In this document: one piece after another, positions 46,863 through 59,969 of the stretch
Position numbering within the stretch: the stretch's first letter is position 1
How the letters are laid out: each line of letters begins with the position of its first letter
DNA from: Amphiscolops sp. MND2022
Lineage: Eukaryota
Assembly: GCA_964187785.1 (NCBI GenBank)
Contig: OZ076413.1
Location: 50,284,001-50,348,000 of the forward strand
Reading direction: 5' to 3'
DNA: 64,000 nt
Notes under the pieces: model-generated
The model's database searches: none
Seen by the model: the letters and a program-made list of their open reading frames with translations, nothing else
Told to the model about the DNA's origin: nothing
Program-made: the position numbers and the translations under genes

Positions 46863-47401
46863 CCCTAAATGCACCAGGGCATTTCCGGATCCATCCGAAA
46901 ATCTGGTGTTTAAACTTTAAACCGCAATATCTCCTAAACTATTCAAGTCCGATGAACAATTCATGGCGCGTTCGAAAGAAAACAATCAGAGCTTTCAATT
47001 TGAATTTTGAACTGCTGGGCTGGGGGCCCGCTAGCGCGGGCCCCTTGCGCGCAAAGTTCTTTGCGCCAAAATTTTGCACGCCTCTCGTCTCTGACTGCCT
47101 TTCAGCATGTTTCAACACATGCTAGAGTCACTTTGACCCAATCTTGATACCATTGGAATAAAAGGGCAAGACACGAAAAGTGGAAAAACGGAAAATCTAC
47201 GCTCAATTTTTTTCAGATTTTTTGGTCCCATTTTCATGATTTCGGAGACATCTTGTCAATATTCTGTGAAATGGTGGGCAATGCTATGTAAAATCGTCTG
47301 AAAATCTTATTCAAGAGTTTTCTTCACGATACGGTCAGCTGGTGCCTTTAGAAATTGGCAGAATTTAACTGGTACGAAATCGTACCATGGTCCATTTAGG
47401 G
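46863..47401. mobile_element. Non-autonomous piggyBac-type element
   Basis: TTAA TSD (46859-46862, 47402-47405); TIR CCCTAAATG(C/G)ACCA(G/T)GG. Confidence 0.85.
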
Positions 47402-48937
47402 TTAATCGTCATGACGTCACGGTTCGATTTACGAAACGTATGATTGTTGGACACATTGTAACGATAAGCGCTGGCGCTTGAACCGCAACTTAGAGTGGAG
47501 CAACTAGAACAGCGAATATAATCTGGGACCTAGATCTCCGCGGCTCTAGCTCATTTTCCCTCCGAAGGAGCCAGTCCCAAGGTGGGGGAACTGTCTTGTA
47601 GGATACTCTCTGGCCTGGTCCTAGTCTGTAACTGCTAAAAGTAACAGGCATCTTGCATGACTCAAGACCACTGCTCAACTAGCCTTTAAAAGTCGGGCTG
47701 AAAATCGGTGAAGGTTGAACCGTAGTATTGGAGAATCTGATAAAATCGCCAAGTTGGATAAACAGATGTTAAATAACAGCTCTCGAGCACATTAATTTAT
47801 CACATTGAAAAATACAACAAGAAATCAAGAGTTCAGAGTCATTTGTTGGAAATTGACCTCAGCTTCCCAGCGCTAGCGCTAGTTGCCACACAGGATATCA
47901 CAGGAACACTCAGGCGAACATCTGGAACACTGGTTTTCTCTACTGTAGTATCGGTAATCTCCTACAGATAGACACTATACCGTGTTCTGTATACGCTGGG
48001 GCCGTCTCTCTAGTCGTCTCCGGTGCTTGTTCGTCGCGAGCGGCAATTTCTGATTTTCTGGGGTGCTTTTTCTGGCAGGTACTTCGTCTTGAGCATGTTT
48101 GAGTGCCACGTCAAATTTGAACGAATTTTTGACAAAATTTCTAAACATGTCGGTTGATATTGCTGTACCAGAGCTTGTCGTTACATCACTCCCCGGGCTA
48201 CTGGCTTGTCGTCCCTGGCAAGCGGCGTCTGGGCTCGTCTGGAAACTGCGTCACAGTGACTGCTGGGAACCATCATCCACACATCAGGGAACAAGGACGA
48301 GTCCTTGTTTTTCGGCAACAATTTTGGTCAATTTTCGCTGTTTTTCTCAAAGAAAAGCTTACTGCCTGGTTATTTTTACAATAACGCGAACGAGGTTTTA
48401 GCACCAGCTCGAGAGGTTTCCAGCCGGTTAAAACTCGTTTGGGCAGCCAATTTTCGTAAAAACTTTTTTTGCAACTAAAGTCAGCTAAAATTTCTTTTCC
48501 AAACATTTGGCACTTGTAGTCTTCAATTCATTTCTGGCGATTTAAAATTTTTTTTAAAGCTTGCGGGCTCCTGCAGTAAACAACCAAATTGATAGAGAAC
48601 ACTAGACGAGAAAGAAAAATGCAACCAAGAGGGCTAAAACTTCTTTTGATTATGAAACTCAAAAACACCGCGAACGGTGCGCAACAAAAATAGCAGTTTT
48701 CTGAATAATAGTTTTTCTTTTCTTTCTGCTTGGTAGTTCAAACCACTGGGGCAGGCGCACTCTATTGGCCGTACACCCAGTGCAACACTAATGGTACACT
48801 AATAATGTAACTATAACTATGAACAAAAATTGCACTTCGTATTGTAGCACCGTTTTGGATGAAAAGTTCTAAGGCACTGTTTGTTGGCAGTTTTTCGAAT
48901 GTACAGGGAGCGCGAACGCTCCCGTTAGCGGCTGGGT

Positions 48938-51900
48938 TCATTGAGCCGAACTGCGTCGGGCCCGCTCTTTAGTGGTATCATCGGGGGTCTTTTCTGCAAT
49001 ATCAGTCGACACTGACGCTCGACGTCGGGGAGAGACTTCTATGGCAACCGTCTCAGAGTCCGACAGATCTTCGGGGAGCGATAACTCGGCAATGGGCTGC
49101 ATTAATGCTGCATTGGGAGTCAACTCAGCTGCGTGCTCTCCTGACTGCTGCTGCGAGGACTGAGGACTATTTCGTGACGATGACGGGCCAACTGGTTCTG
49201 GCTCCAAGTTGTGAGTTGGAAGATTAATGGTGATCGGTTGTGAGATAGGCCGATCCAAAGACATCGCCATCGTTGGCGCGAGCATGGTAGGCGCGAACGC
49301 CTGTTGTCTCGCTATTTCCGCTCTGCCTTCCACGGCTAATGCGACTCGGCGTGAGATCCACCCAGGTTGGCTCCAGAGCTCGCAAGCTCTTTTCCACTTA
49401 GGAAAGCTAGCAACCTCCAATTCCAGACAATACTCTTCCCATCTCGCTCGTTTTGCCGAGCCCAACACGGAATTAATCTCGTGATGCTGAACGATGGACA
49501 TATCTCCAGACATGGCCATTTTTCCTTGGGGCTTCCACGCCGACTTCCGGGGGAACGGGGTAACACGGCATTGGAGGTTTCGTTGTCTGATCTGAGCAGC
49601 GCCTTCAATCCATCCTGGGATCTGGGCTGGTTCCAGGTGCTGGATTTGACGGTTGAAAATTTCAGGGACGCGTCCAACGGGTTTCGCCCTTGGCCAACAC
49701 AATGGTTCCTTCCAATAGCGGTTTGGGAAGGCGATGCACTTGAAACAGTACAATGGGTCTACGGGTGGACCAGCACTAGTGCTAGCGCGGATCGCCTTCC
49801 GTATGAATTCCTGACTCCACGGGAATCTGAAGGGGACTCCTTCCAAACTGAGAGGTGCGGAGTACCAATTCACAGGGCCATGTTCTCGAGGCAGAGGGCA
49901 TGCTTTCCTGGTGCGCGCGCGCAACAAGCCCATCACGTTCTCCTCTAGCTCCCTTTCAGACTTCAGGGTCGTGTATCCATGCGGCACTTCACCACTCAGC
50001 ACAGCATGTATTACTCTTGGATATGCCAGTGGGGGACGACCTCGCAGATAAGTGCTAAATGAGACCATGTGTACTTGGACTGCTGTTGCTAAAGGCTTGG
50101 TAGGATATCGGCACACGCCCACAGCGCCAAAGTTGGGAGCCAGGACGGGAGCCATGGCCGCCACAAAATCTTCTACCTCAGCTAGGATGAGATCAGCGAT
50201 CTGCTGCGGCAAGGGGAATCCTGCCGTTTCTCGTGGGCTTTGCTGGTCTGAGTTGTGTAACGGCTGGGACTGGTCCACACCCACGAATAGACCGGAGGCA
50301 AAAACCAAGGTGGAATATAGCCAGTGCTGGACCGACGCACGCATGCGCTTCAACTGGGCGGAATAATCTTGTTGGTCTTTTGAGGTCATAAGGTGTCCCC
50401 AACGGGTCAGACTGCGCAGTTGCCCTTGTGCTAGGACTAAGTAACTGTAGAATACGGTGAGATCACAGGCAGGTGAGATCAACTAATAGGGCTAGTGGTC
50501 CGGCTACGAACTTCGTTGGACCCATCGCTAGCGCGAGCGCTAGTATTTCTCCGACAGTGGCCTCTCCAATGGTTTCTAGTAGCTTGTCTGTTTGCGTGGG
50601 GGTAAGCGAAAACTCGGAAGTTATCACTTCAAGGTTCCATCCCAGACCAAGACTGGTGCAGAAGGCTTCTAACGGACAGTTGAGCTCTCGAGCTACTTCT
50701 GCTAGAGTCCTGGTGGCAAACTTGGTTTGATACCAGTAGGCATAAGTGGTAGCCGCGGCGTCGACCTCGGCCTTCAGATTGGTTGCTTCAATTGCCACGA
50801 TGCACCGCAGTCCTACGGACAGCTTCACGGGCTCGATTCCTGAGGCGAAGTGGATCTGTGGAATTGTCCTCTCAACGGTGCGCGCTGCAGGCCATGCACC
50901 GATTTGTTTCGTCAGCTCGGCTAGCTCCGCGCGCACTGGGATTTCTTTGTCCTTTCGCACCAGCCAATTGTAACGACGAACAGCCTCTCGTTCGGTCACA
51001 TTTGACTCTCGGGCGATGCGGTTGCCGTCGAGGTCGAAGGCCATCCTGCCCATTCGCATTCCATGATCGTAGAGATTAGCGTCGTCGATGGTTAACTGGG
51101 CGTTTCCCGAGCGTTCTATAGCGACGAGCGCTAGATACAGCGGCGAAGAAGGCTGGATACGATAAGGTGTCTGGGCGCAGGTCCTCTCGGTCTACACGCA
51201 GGTTTGGTGCACAAACAGCGAATTCGACTCTGCGCGCTTAGCAGACCTCCAGCAGAATGTAAACAAACTGCTGCAGACTTCGTGGCCAGTACATAAATCC
51301 TGGCGGGGATACAAAGAGCGCGAGCGCTCCCAAGCGACCCCGAAGGATCCCTGCGGCACGTTCCATTGCACCAACAACCTCATTCACCAAGGCTGCAATG
51401 TCTCCAGGTCGTCGGACATCCGACAATATGGCGTCTAGATCACGCAGCAACCCTTCGCAAGCCATGTGATCCAGAAGGTTGGCGAAGATCACGCGCTGTG
51501 GGGGTGGCTCCTTCTGTGATCCCCTTAGGTTTGGGTCGTACATGGCTCCAACCATCTCGGCGATCTCAGTGAAGCGGGAAAGGTGCATAGTCAGCACCAG
51601 CACGTCAGGCATCAAGTTGTCAATGGGCAGATCACTCCGGCAGGTAGAATCGACTGCCATACAGTAGCGCGCGCGCTGCAAAGCTGCCTTCAATGGGGCT
51701 TCAGAGATCTCAAGTTGCGGGCGTCCCAGGTCTCACCTTTTCGCAACACGTACCGCGCGGGGAACTGCTCGGTGATGTTATGTTGCAGGGGTGCCATGTA
51801 GTTGTTAGTGGTCATGGGCAGCTGCTCTCGGGCACGCTGTTCCCAAGCCTGCTCCGACATATCTGCGTCACGGGGGCGCAGCGAACGTGTGACCTGCGCT

Positions 51901-53225
51901 GGTTTTGTGTTTCGAGTAATTTCCTTTTGCTCCGTCTCAGTGGGAGGGGCCCTTTTCTTTATAGCACATTGACTGGGGTAAAGGTGCTCAGCGGCCATCC
52001 AAATGTTTTTGCTGTCATTTGTGACTACTGAACCGGATACGTCATCAGAGTGAGGGAGGAAGGCTGGAGGGCGGGCCTCCTTTACTGTCTCAGGTACCTC
52101 CAGGGACATATCTACTGGATTCGTGCCCGAGGGCACAGAGCTCATTTCCGAGCCTGCATCCGGATCTCCATACTGCTCGATTGCGTCCGCTAGAGACATC
52201 TGAGGCGCGCCTTGGCCTAGATGACCCACTCGATATAGAGGCCTAGGGATGACTACACTTTTCAGCTGGGGTCGAGGTACATCAGCGCGTTTGTCAGGAG
52301 GGGGACGACTAGTTGGACTCTCGGTTACTGAGCCAGCTGGGGTGACTGAGGTAGTTTCTTCGGTGAGTCGCTTTCTCCCGGCTTCTTCTCGACCGCCAGT
52401 AGCAGCGCTTGCGCTGTTGCTTGGTCCAGCAGCATTTTCTACATCCATGGATGCTGTCTCGACTAGAGGAGCAGGAGGATCACAGCCCGAGGGTTGAGCG
52501 GCAGCTTGCAGATAAGTGGCTAGTCCAGGGATCCTTTGCTCTACAGCACGAACAAAATCGGAGGAGTTCGGATAGTTGGCCACTGCTTGTAATGCCACAG
52601 TTACGGCCTGTTTGCCGGTACTCCTTCCAGTCAGGTCTGGGTTTGGTATGGGTGGCAACCGGGACCCCGAGGGCTCCCGATCAGAGACTGGTGCACTAGT
52701 TGTGGTTTGCAATACCATGTGTGGCGCTCGGTACGATGTCCCAAAGGCAGGCGAACCGGAATGGGTCGGCGTCATTGGTATTGGTTTCGGTGCTGGTGGA
52801 GGCAATGCGACCATCTGTGGTGGCGGCATTGTTGCAAGGTTGGCAGGCACCATACATAGGGAAGCTTCTTGCTCGAACCTCGTGCCCTGGCTTGGGCCAA
52901 GCATTGTGGTAGAGCGTTCATCTAGGAATTGATGCGTCAAGTCGTGGCCATCCCATGCATTGTTCTGGCAGGTTAGCGTGCGACGGTAGCCAGCTACTTC
53001 TGTCACAAGAGACACAGATACACCTGGCAGCGTCTGCATCGTGTCTAGTTGAGTGAGCAGGGCGGCCACGCCCGCTACCGCTAACAGTGAAAGGCCGTTC
53101 CTCAATCGCTCTTCTACATATTGGACTTGATTAGTCCTCTGCGCTCGCGCAGGCAATTCTTGAGACCTATTGCTATGAGGTCCCGTTGTGGGGATAGGCG
53201 CCGTGTTGTTGGGGTAATAAGCCAT
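48938..53225 (-). pseudogene. Extra ORF3 (~1400 codons): Pro/Ser-rich region, SGNH-hydrolase-like domain, unknown C-terminal domain
   Basis: ORFs 51690-53225, 51238-51693, 50463-51059 and 48938-50482 abut via frameshifts (~51690, ~51130, ~50470) and one TAA (51238). Confidence 0.7.
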
Positions 53226-53511
53226 TATTTCGTTGGTCTAAAAAGGATTACCGTTAGGCTTACTAGGTGCATTATGGGGAGAGCTTAGGGCTCATCATCC
53301 AGTTACAATGGTGCAAAGATGGCTCCATAAGGGAACCGCAAAAAGTTTAAATTGTAGTTCAACTAACTAACTAGAACAAAAAGATAGTGGTTATTGAGCA
53401 ATACATTACAAGTTAATCATTCCGTGGGATGTTTTAAGACTTCCTCCCAGGTATGACACTTACCAGGGTGGGGAAATTAGGGAGGGGGCAACAGAAGAGA
53501 GCTTGGGCAGG

Positions 53512-55182
53512 CTATTCCGGCCCTATGCTCAGGATAGACACGTACACGCGGTTGTGCAGCACCACGTGAATGCCAGTACCCTCAAGCAAATTCGTTAGGG
53601 TATGGTACAGGTTCACCAATGAGAAGGCGGGTCGCTCTGGATCCAGTATAGGTAGGTGGACCCTCGTGGATCTTTTCTCTATCAAACGCTGTATCAAGTG
53701 TGTCATACAACGTAGGAAATCGTCGGTGAGCAGCGGCGCACGCTGGTTTGCTCTAATTATCAGTAAGTGAATACGCTGATTGGGGTTAGGATTGATATCA
53801 GAGGGAATGGTGAGAATTTCTCCCACCTTGGGATGTAGGGAGAACACATTCTCCTTGCCACACTCCCGTAGCACGTACCGTAGGGCGGCTGAGTTAGTCT
53901 CTAGGTCAGCGGGACACGCTAACACTATATCACCTTCGACTTGTAGAAAATCAGTCACATCATATGAGAGGTGCTCTGTTGGGGCTGGATACAGAACTCC
54001 CGGGTAGATGATTTCTCTCCCCGGCCCATTGTCGGCAGGCAAGCATACGCGGGGTGTAAGCCCCTGGACTGCAACCAGGTCTTGCCACACCGAGCGTGGC
54101 ATCGCTCGATTATCACTGCTCGCTTTGACCCATGTGTCCAGGGTGCTTGAAGCGGCTTTTGGGGAAAGCGGAATTTCGAAAGTATGAGTCCACTCGTCCA
54201 GCAATCTAATGCGAGGATAAATGGTGAAACAAGTGATGATCAGTTCCAACCACCACGCGAACTTCACTTTGCCACGATACCAGTCTATAATGTGGAAGCA
54301 AAGTATCAAGTCCGCAGTAGTGAAGGTCCTTAGACTTTCCAAGCAGGACAGCAGGTGCAGTGGTTCCACTATTGCCAGTAACCAGCAACCACCAGTGCGG
54401 TGCTGGGCTGTAAACCCCGCCCGGGTCCACATGAATTCCGTTTTTGTCGCCGAGAAGATCAGCGGTGATGCATCGGACCATTTGCACAGGCTCCCGCTCA
54501 AAGTTGAATGGTCCGAACGCGATATTGCTGGGTACTGGGGCATCACCGTGGCAAGGGTAAACTCTAACCCTTTTCCGTCGCTAGTCCACTCCTTGAATCG
54601 GGGGCATGGAGCTTTTGTTACTCCAGGTGATGATAACTTCTCCAGAATAGTATCCACGGGATAGTCTCCGGATCGTTCCAGGGAGGAATAAGTCTTTTCA
54701 GCTCTCACCGTAAGGTGATGCACTAGATTTTCTCCCCGCTCCGGAGGAACTCCCCGGGCTCCAGTGGGAACCCTCCGGTTCTCATTGACGGCTAGCAAGC
54801 AGACACAGTCTCGCAGCCCACAGGTTCCGCATTTGTAACGTGGCTGCCGCCTGCTTCTCAACTGGTATCGAGGGACTTTAGAAGCCTCGGTCGGCACTGC
54901 TGTTTCTGAGGGCATTGTTGATGGCGTTTCCTCCTTCCTTGTTCTTGCCTTCGCTCTGACCAGCCGTTTTCGCGTTTTGGGTGGTCTCCCCCTCCCCCTT
55001 TTGAGAGAAGGAGAGGTCCCCGCTCCGGGTAACGTCGAGGGAAGAGTAGGCACATAGGACTGAGCGTCGTCGTCCTCACTGGCGGACTTCCGAGGAAGTG
55101 AAGGTGCGTTCGGCCAAATGGGATAGTTGTTGAGGAAACTCGTCAGTGATGGATTTGTCAATAATGGGGCTGATGTTCCCAA
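53512..55182 (-). pseudogene. Pol C-terminal extension: AT-hook, Cys cluster, macrodomain(s)
   Basis: KRGRGRPPK (54976-55002); CGTCGLRDCVC; DFLQVEGDIVLACPADL..KVGE..IHLLIIR..VHLPIL follows the TARG1/DarG macrodomain pattern. Confidence 0.65.
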
Positions 55183-58100
55183 TAAGGAGGACTGTTTTTC
55201 GGGAGAAGATATTCGTGGTGACGGAGAGCGCGCGCGCTCATGGTCTGAGAATAGTTGAGGTAGACGATGGGTAGGTGATAGCGATTGATCTGAATGGGAG
55301 TGGAGACTTCGGGTTCCCTTCGAACAGCATCAACGGGATCAGGAGGTACCGGCAACATGACTTCGGATAGTTCATCGTCAGTGCCCGAGGTAGAGTAGTC
55401 AAACTGCCGGTAGTGCATGCGGGAACCTCCTGCACGCAACTTTGTGCGTAAGCGGGTATCCATCCAATGGTGCTTGCGCGAAGGCAAGGATACGTCAGAT
55501 GCCTCTGAAAGCAATTGTTCAGTTTTATACGAAGGCTGAGATTTATCATTATCAACCACATCGATAGAACGTTCAGGGTCAGGGTCCATGAGCACCACTA
55601 TTTCGCCGCTGTCCGCTTGCGCGGCGGCGAGCTCAAAGGGCCCACTGTGATGAGGTTTCAAGCGCTCAAAATGAACCTTTTGGCCTGTGTCCAACACGTA
55701 GACACGTCCTTCTTGGAAGACCTGTACTACTTTGTGCGGGCCACGCCAGGCACGCATCAGTTTGGGGGAGCCTTTTTGCGGCACATAGCGGCAAAAGACC
55801 CAGAGAAGCTCTCCTGGCTGGTAGGCCCGTGCCCGAATAGCACGATCCTACTTCAATTTTTGGCGTAGTTGGGCCTGGTGCGTATTGCGCCGGACCAAGT
55901 CGTGAATTTCTTGTTGGCGAGCCAACACATGATCCATGTATGCTTCATGCGTATCAAAGGACTTGGCTGCAAACTCAGGGTACAAAAAGGTGAGGGGGAT
56001 CGCTTTCTCCACGCCTCTAGTCAACATGTAGGGCGAGAAGCCAGTGGTGGCGTGCCTGGTAGAATTATAGGCACCAACTACTTCATCTAAGCACTGGTCC
56101 CAATCGCGCATGCGGCGCGAGCAAAAGACTCACATTAAGGTTAAGAGGGTGCGGTTTTGTCGTTCAACTAAACCCTGAGTTCGAGGATGCCCGGCGGTGG
56201 AAGTCACTTTAGTGACGTGAGCTGCCTTCAAGAACTCATTAGAGACTTCAGCAGTCAGGTTTGGAGCATTGTCGGATTGCATGCGAGTGGGAGTGCCATG
56301 GCGGGCAAACCATTTCTGCAGCAGTAATCGGGATGTGGTCACTGCGTCATAGTCGTGGTGACTACAAGGGATTGCCTCCGCAAATTTGGAAAAATGGTCT
56401 ATGATGACCAAAATGCCTGTGTTGTTATTATCAGAGGGGCAAATTTTTAAGTGGTCATACTGGACCAGCTCGTTAAAATAGCCACTCTGAATGTTTTTTA
56501 GTTGAAATCGTACGTCACCGGGCTTGTCACGTACTTGTTGGCAGGTGATGCACTGGCCGACGTATCGACCGACACTGCGCCGTATGCCGGGCCAGGTGTG
56601 GCGCTCTTGAATTCGAGCTACCACCTTTGAGATGCCTTGATGTCCCATGGCGTCGTGCGCACGGAACAGGATTTCATGCTGGTATAGTTGAGGCATTATG
56701 ATCATGCACGGACGTTCGTGCAATGGGCGTTGGGTGGGTGAGTATTGCACACAAAGGACATCATTCTTGTTTATGAACAAGAGGTCCTTTTTCTGGCGAA
56801 AATAGTTACGTGCGAATTCACGCACGTTCTCGGGAAACACGTCGTTGTCTATGGATTCACATCGCACGAGCTTTTCCAGTGCTAGCACATGGACATCGCG
56901 GTTTTGGGCTAGGACCAAATCCTTAATCCCATGTACGGTATGAGTGTATTCATGGAGCTCTGTGTCAATGTCCGTGAGGGCCATGATTGACTCTCGCACG
57001 CCACAAGGAGAATTCTGCAACGTGGCGTTATTCGTTCCCGCCACAGAATAGATAGTACGAGAGGGGACATTTACTGCATGTGTTGGTAGCAGGTAATCCT
57101 CGCTCGCCTCAGTGGTGACGTCTATCCAGTCTTCTGGATAGTCTGGGTAGAAGTCCTCGTGCTTTTGGAGCACGGGTGGGGGCTTGGGCGGTAGAGGCGC
57201 GGCTAGCGCCTTCGCCTGTCGTTCTCGCTTTTTCGCTCGTTGCACACGGCGAAGCACGCGAAGTGCTTGGTCAGGAGCCTTAGGCTCCAAGTTCTGCAGA
57301 TGTGCTGGTAGGTCAGGGTGATTTGGAATTATTCGACCTTGCAGGTCGAACCAGGGGGCTACGGGGAGGTTGTCGAATTCCTCGGCTGAGAGGAAAATCC
57401 AAAGCTCTCCTGCAGCTGGCAGCTGCGCAAGCTGCTTTTCTCGGCATCGATAGTCGTTAGTTCGTTTACTCAAGCCATCAGCATTGCGGTGTTGAGTTCG
57501 CGGTCTGTGTTCCACACGAAAGTGATACTTGTCCAAGGTCATGATTCAACGGCCAATCAATGCTTGGTCTGTAGAATAGGTCTTCAACCAGGATAGGGCT
57601 TGATTATCGACTCTCAGGGTGAACTTTCGGGGGCAAAGGTAGCTGTGGTTTTTCAGGATGAAGTAATAGGCTGCAAACATTTCTAGCTTGGGTGCCCCAT
57701 ACTTGGCTTGGGTGGTGGTTAGTTTCTTGCTACCGTATATGATCGGTCGCAGGCGTCGCTCTCCTGGAGCTCCTTGCCACTGATGTAGAATGCCAGAAAT
57801 GGCAACAGCGCTGGCATCGGTGTCCATCACAAACTCTCCCTCGGAATCGGGCTGCGCGAGCGCAGTCGCCTCGATCAATGCCTTCTTGATCTCGTTGAAG
57901 GCTTTTTGTTGTTCGGGGCCCCATGCAAACGTGGCATTCAGTCCAGTGACGGCGTGGAGGGTTGCAACCAGCTTGGCATGCCACGGGATAAATTCACGAT
58001 AATTATTAGCGAATCCCAAAAAACTTTGCATCTCTGTCTTGTTGCGAGGGATCTCCCAGTCGCGCAATTTGGCAACAGCCTTCGGATCTGGCTTGAAACC

Positions 58101-59957
58101 TTCTGCAGAGACCACGCGTCCCAGATACTTGATTTCTGTTTTCATGAAATCGCATTTGGCTACGCGCATCTTGAAGCCAGCCTCGCGGAGGCATTCAAAG
58201 ACTTCGCGTAAACGCGCCATGTGATCTTCCACAGTCTCCGTTGCTATTACTATGTCATCAATGTATGCCCTGACCATGCTGCCTTTGCGATTGACTCTTT
58301 TTTGTAGCACACGCGCTATTGCTCGCTGGAAAGTGGCCGATGCATTGCACAAGCCGAATGGCATTCGCAGCCATTCGAAGAGTCCCAACTCACAGGCAAA
58401 AGCAGTCTGGTGGCGGTCCGCCTTTCGCAAGGGAATTTGTCAGAAGGCCCAGGCAAGATCTATGCTAGTGTAGATCTTTGCATTGCCCAGTCGCGCCAGG
58501 CTTTCGTCGATGCGGGGCAGGGGGTAGGCATCCTTAATGGTCACTTCGTTTAGCGGTCGGAAGTCACAGCAAAAGCGCAACGCCCCGCTTTTCTTTTTTA
58601 CCATTACGATACCACTTGCCCAGGGGGACAGTGAGGGTTGTATCATCCCCAAGGCCAGTAGGCTTCGAACCTCCTGGTTGGCTCGTTCAGCCTTTTCGGG
58701 GGACATTCTGCGAGCACCTTCACGGTGCGGTACAGCCCCAGGCTCTACCTCTATCGTGTGTTTAGCAATGGTACAGCGGCCAATATCAGCCTTACGCTTC
58801 ATGAATAGGTCGTCGAACTCGCTAAGAATATTGCCCAAGGACTCGCAGGCGCTAGCGCCCCAGAGCTTCTTAACCTCTTGCAATTGAGAATCGGGCCCAG
58901 GGATCGGGGCCAATAGGTCCGGGTCAGTGCGCTTACGAATCTCGCGCTCCGCAAGCCCCGCTTCACTTGGATCCGTCGAAGACAAAAACCCAAATTCAGA
59001 CGAAGAAGTCAACTCAGAAGCAGTGGATAGATTCATTTCACTGTACACTTTATAAACAAAATTTGCTCGACCGTTGTCGGCTTCAGTTTCATGGTCAGTT
59101 TTTGCAGTAGCGTCCAGATTTTGGGGGACAGCCTGATATACTAAGGACACAGGCACTACCGTGCCCAGGTGGGCACCACATCGTACACGCTGCTGGTTGC
59201 TGGTGAGGTTTATCAGACTCACGTACAATGTTCCTGTCTCACTGACAGTGGCCACGCTGTCCTCTAAAAAGATGGTATTTTGCAAAAAGGGATCAGACAA
59301 CGAGGCGTTAAGCGCCACGGTCTGAAAAATTAGTGGTTCAAGCGCGTCAGTGACTAGTTTAGCCTTTGCCACTGTACGCTCGAAAGGCTGTAGGACCAAA
59401 TCACTGTCCAGAGCAACGAGAGTAGTTAGCGAAGCGTCACCTACCTGGGTGAGTTCATACCCTCCCAACTGGAAGCGAACTTGCTCGGCTAACCCGAAGG
59501 TCTTTATCGTCTTCCCATTGGCAGCGTACAAATCAATTTGATAGGGTTTCAGGACCGCACCGGTCCGTGCAGCTACCCGATTAAAGGCGGAGAAGGTTAA
59601 TATGGACACGCCTGAACCAGTATCTACCAAGCCTCGCAGTGGGATAGGTGCCGCATGGGGCACCACAAAGGAGACAACAAGCGACGCACGCTCGTCTATC
59701 CGCGCCTCTCCAGTGGGTTCTTGGTGATTGATATTGTGGCACTTCAGCTCTTGAGGTCCCAAGCATAGGCCGGGTGGGAATACATCTACCACCACCCAGG
59801 CCTCGAACTTCACGTCCACGCCGTCCATCGTTGCACAGACTGGTACCGGAGAGCACGTAGTCAAGGTTTCTGACTCTCCAGGGACGTACCACTGCTTTGG
59901 GCGGGGAAACTCCATCCGTTTGTAGAGGATAGATAGCTCAACCCAGAGTTTCGCCAA
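55158..59957 (-). pseudogene. pol: Gypsy pol: PR, RT, RNase H, integrase
   Basis: LVDTGSG; SPWAS, DFRPLN, DAYPLPRID, MPFGL, YIDD; DTDAS, VDNQAL, NADGLS; HDAMGH..CITC, IDHFSKF, SDNA, ERQNRTL, WRGP. Confidence 0.95.
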
Positions 59958-59969
59958 GGTTAGCGTTGG

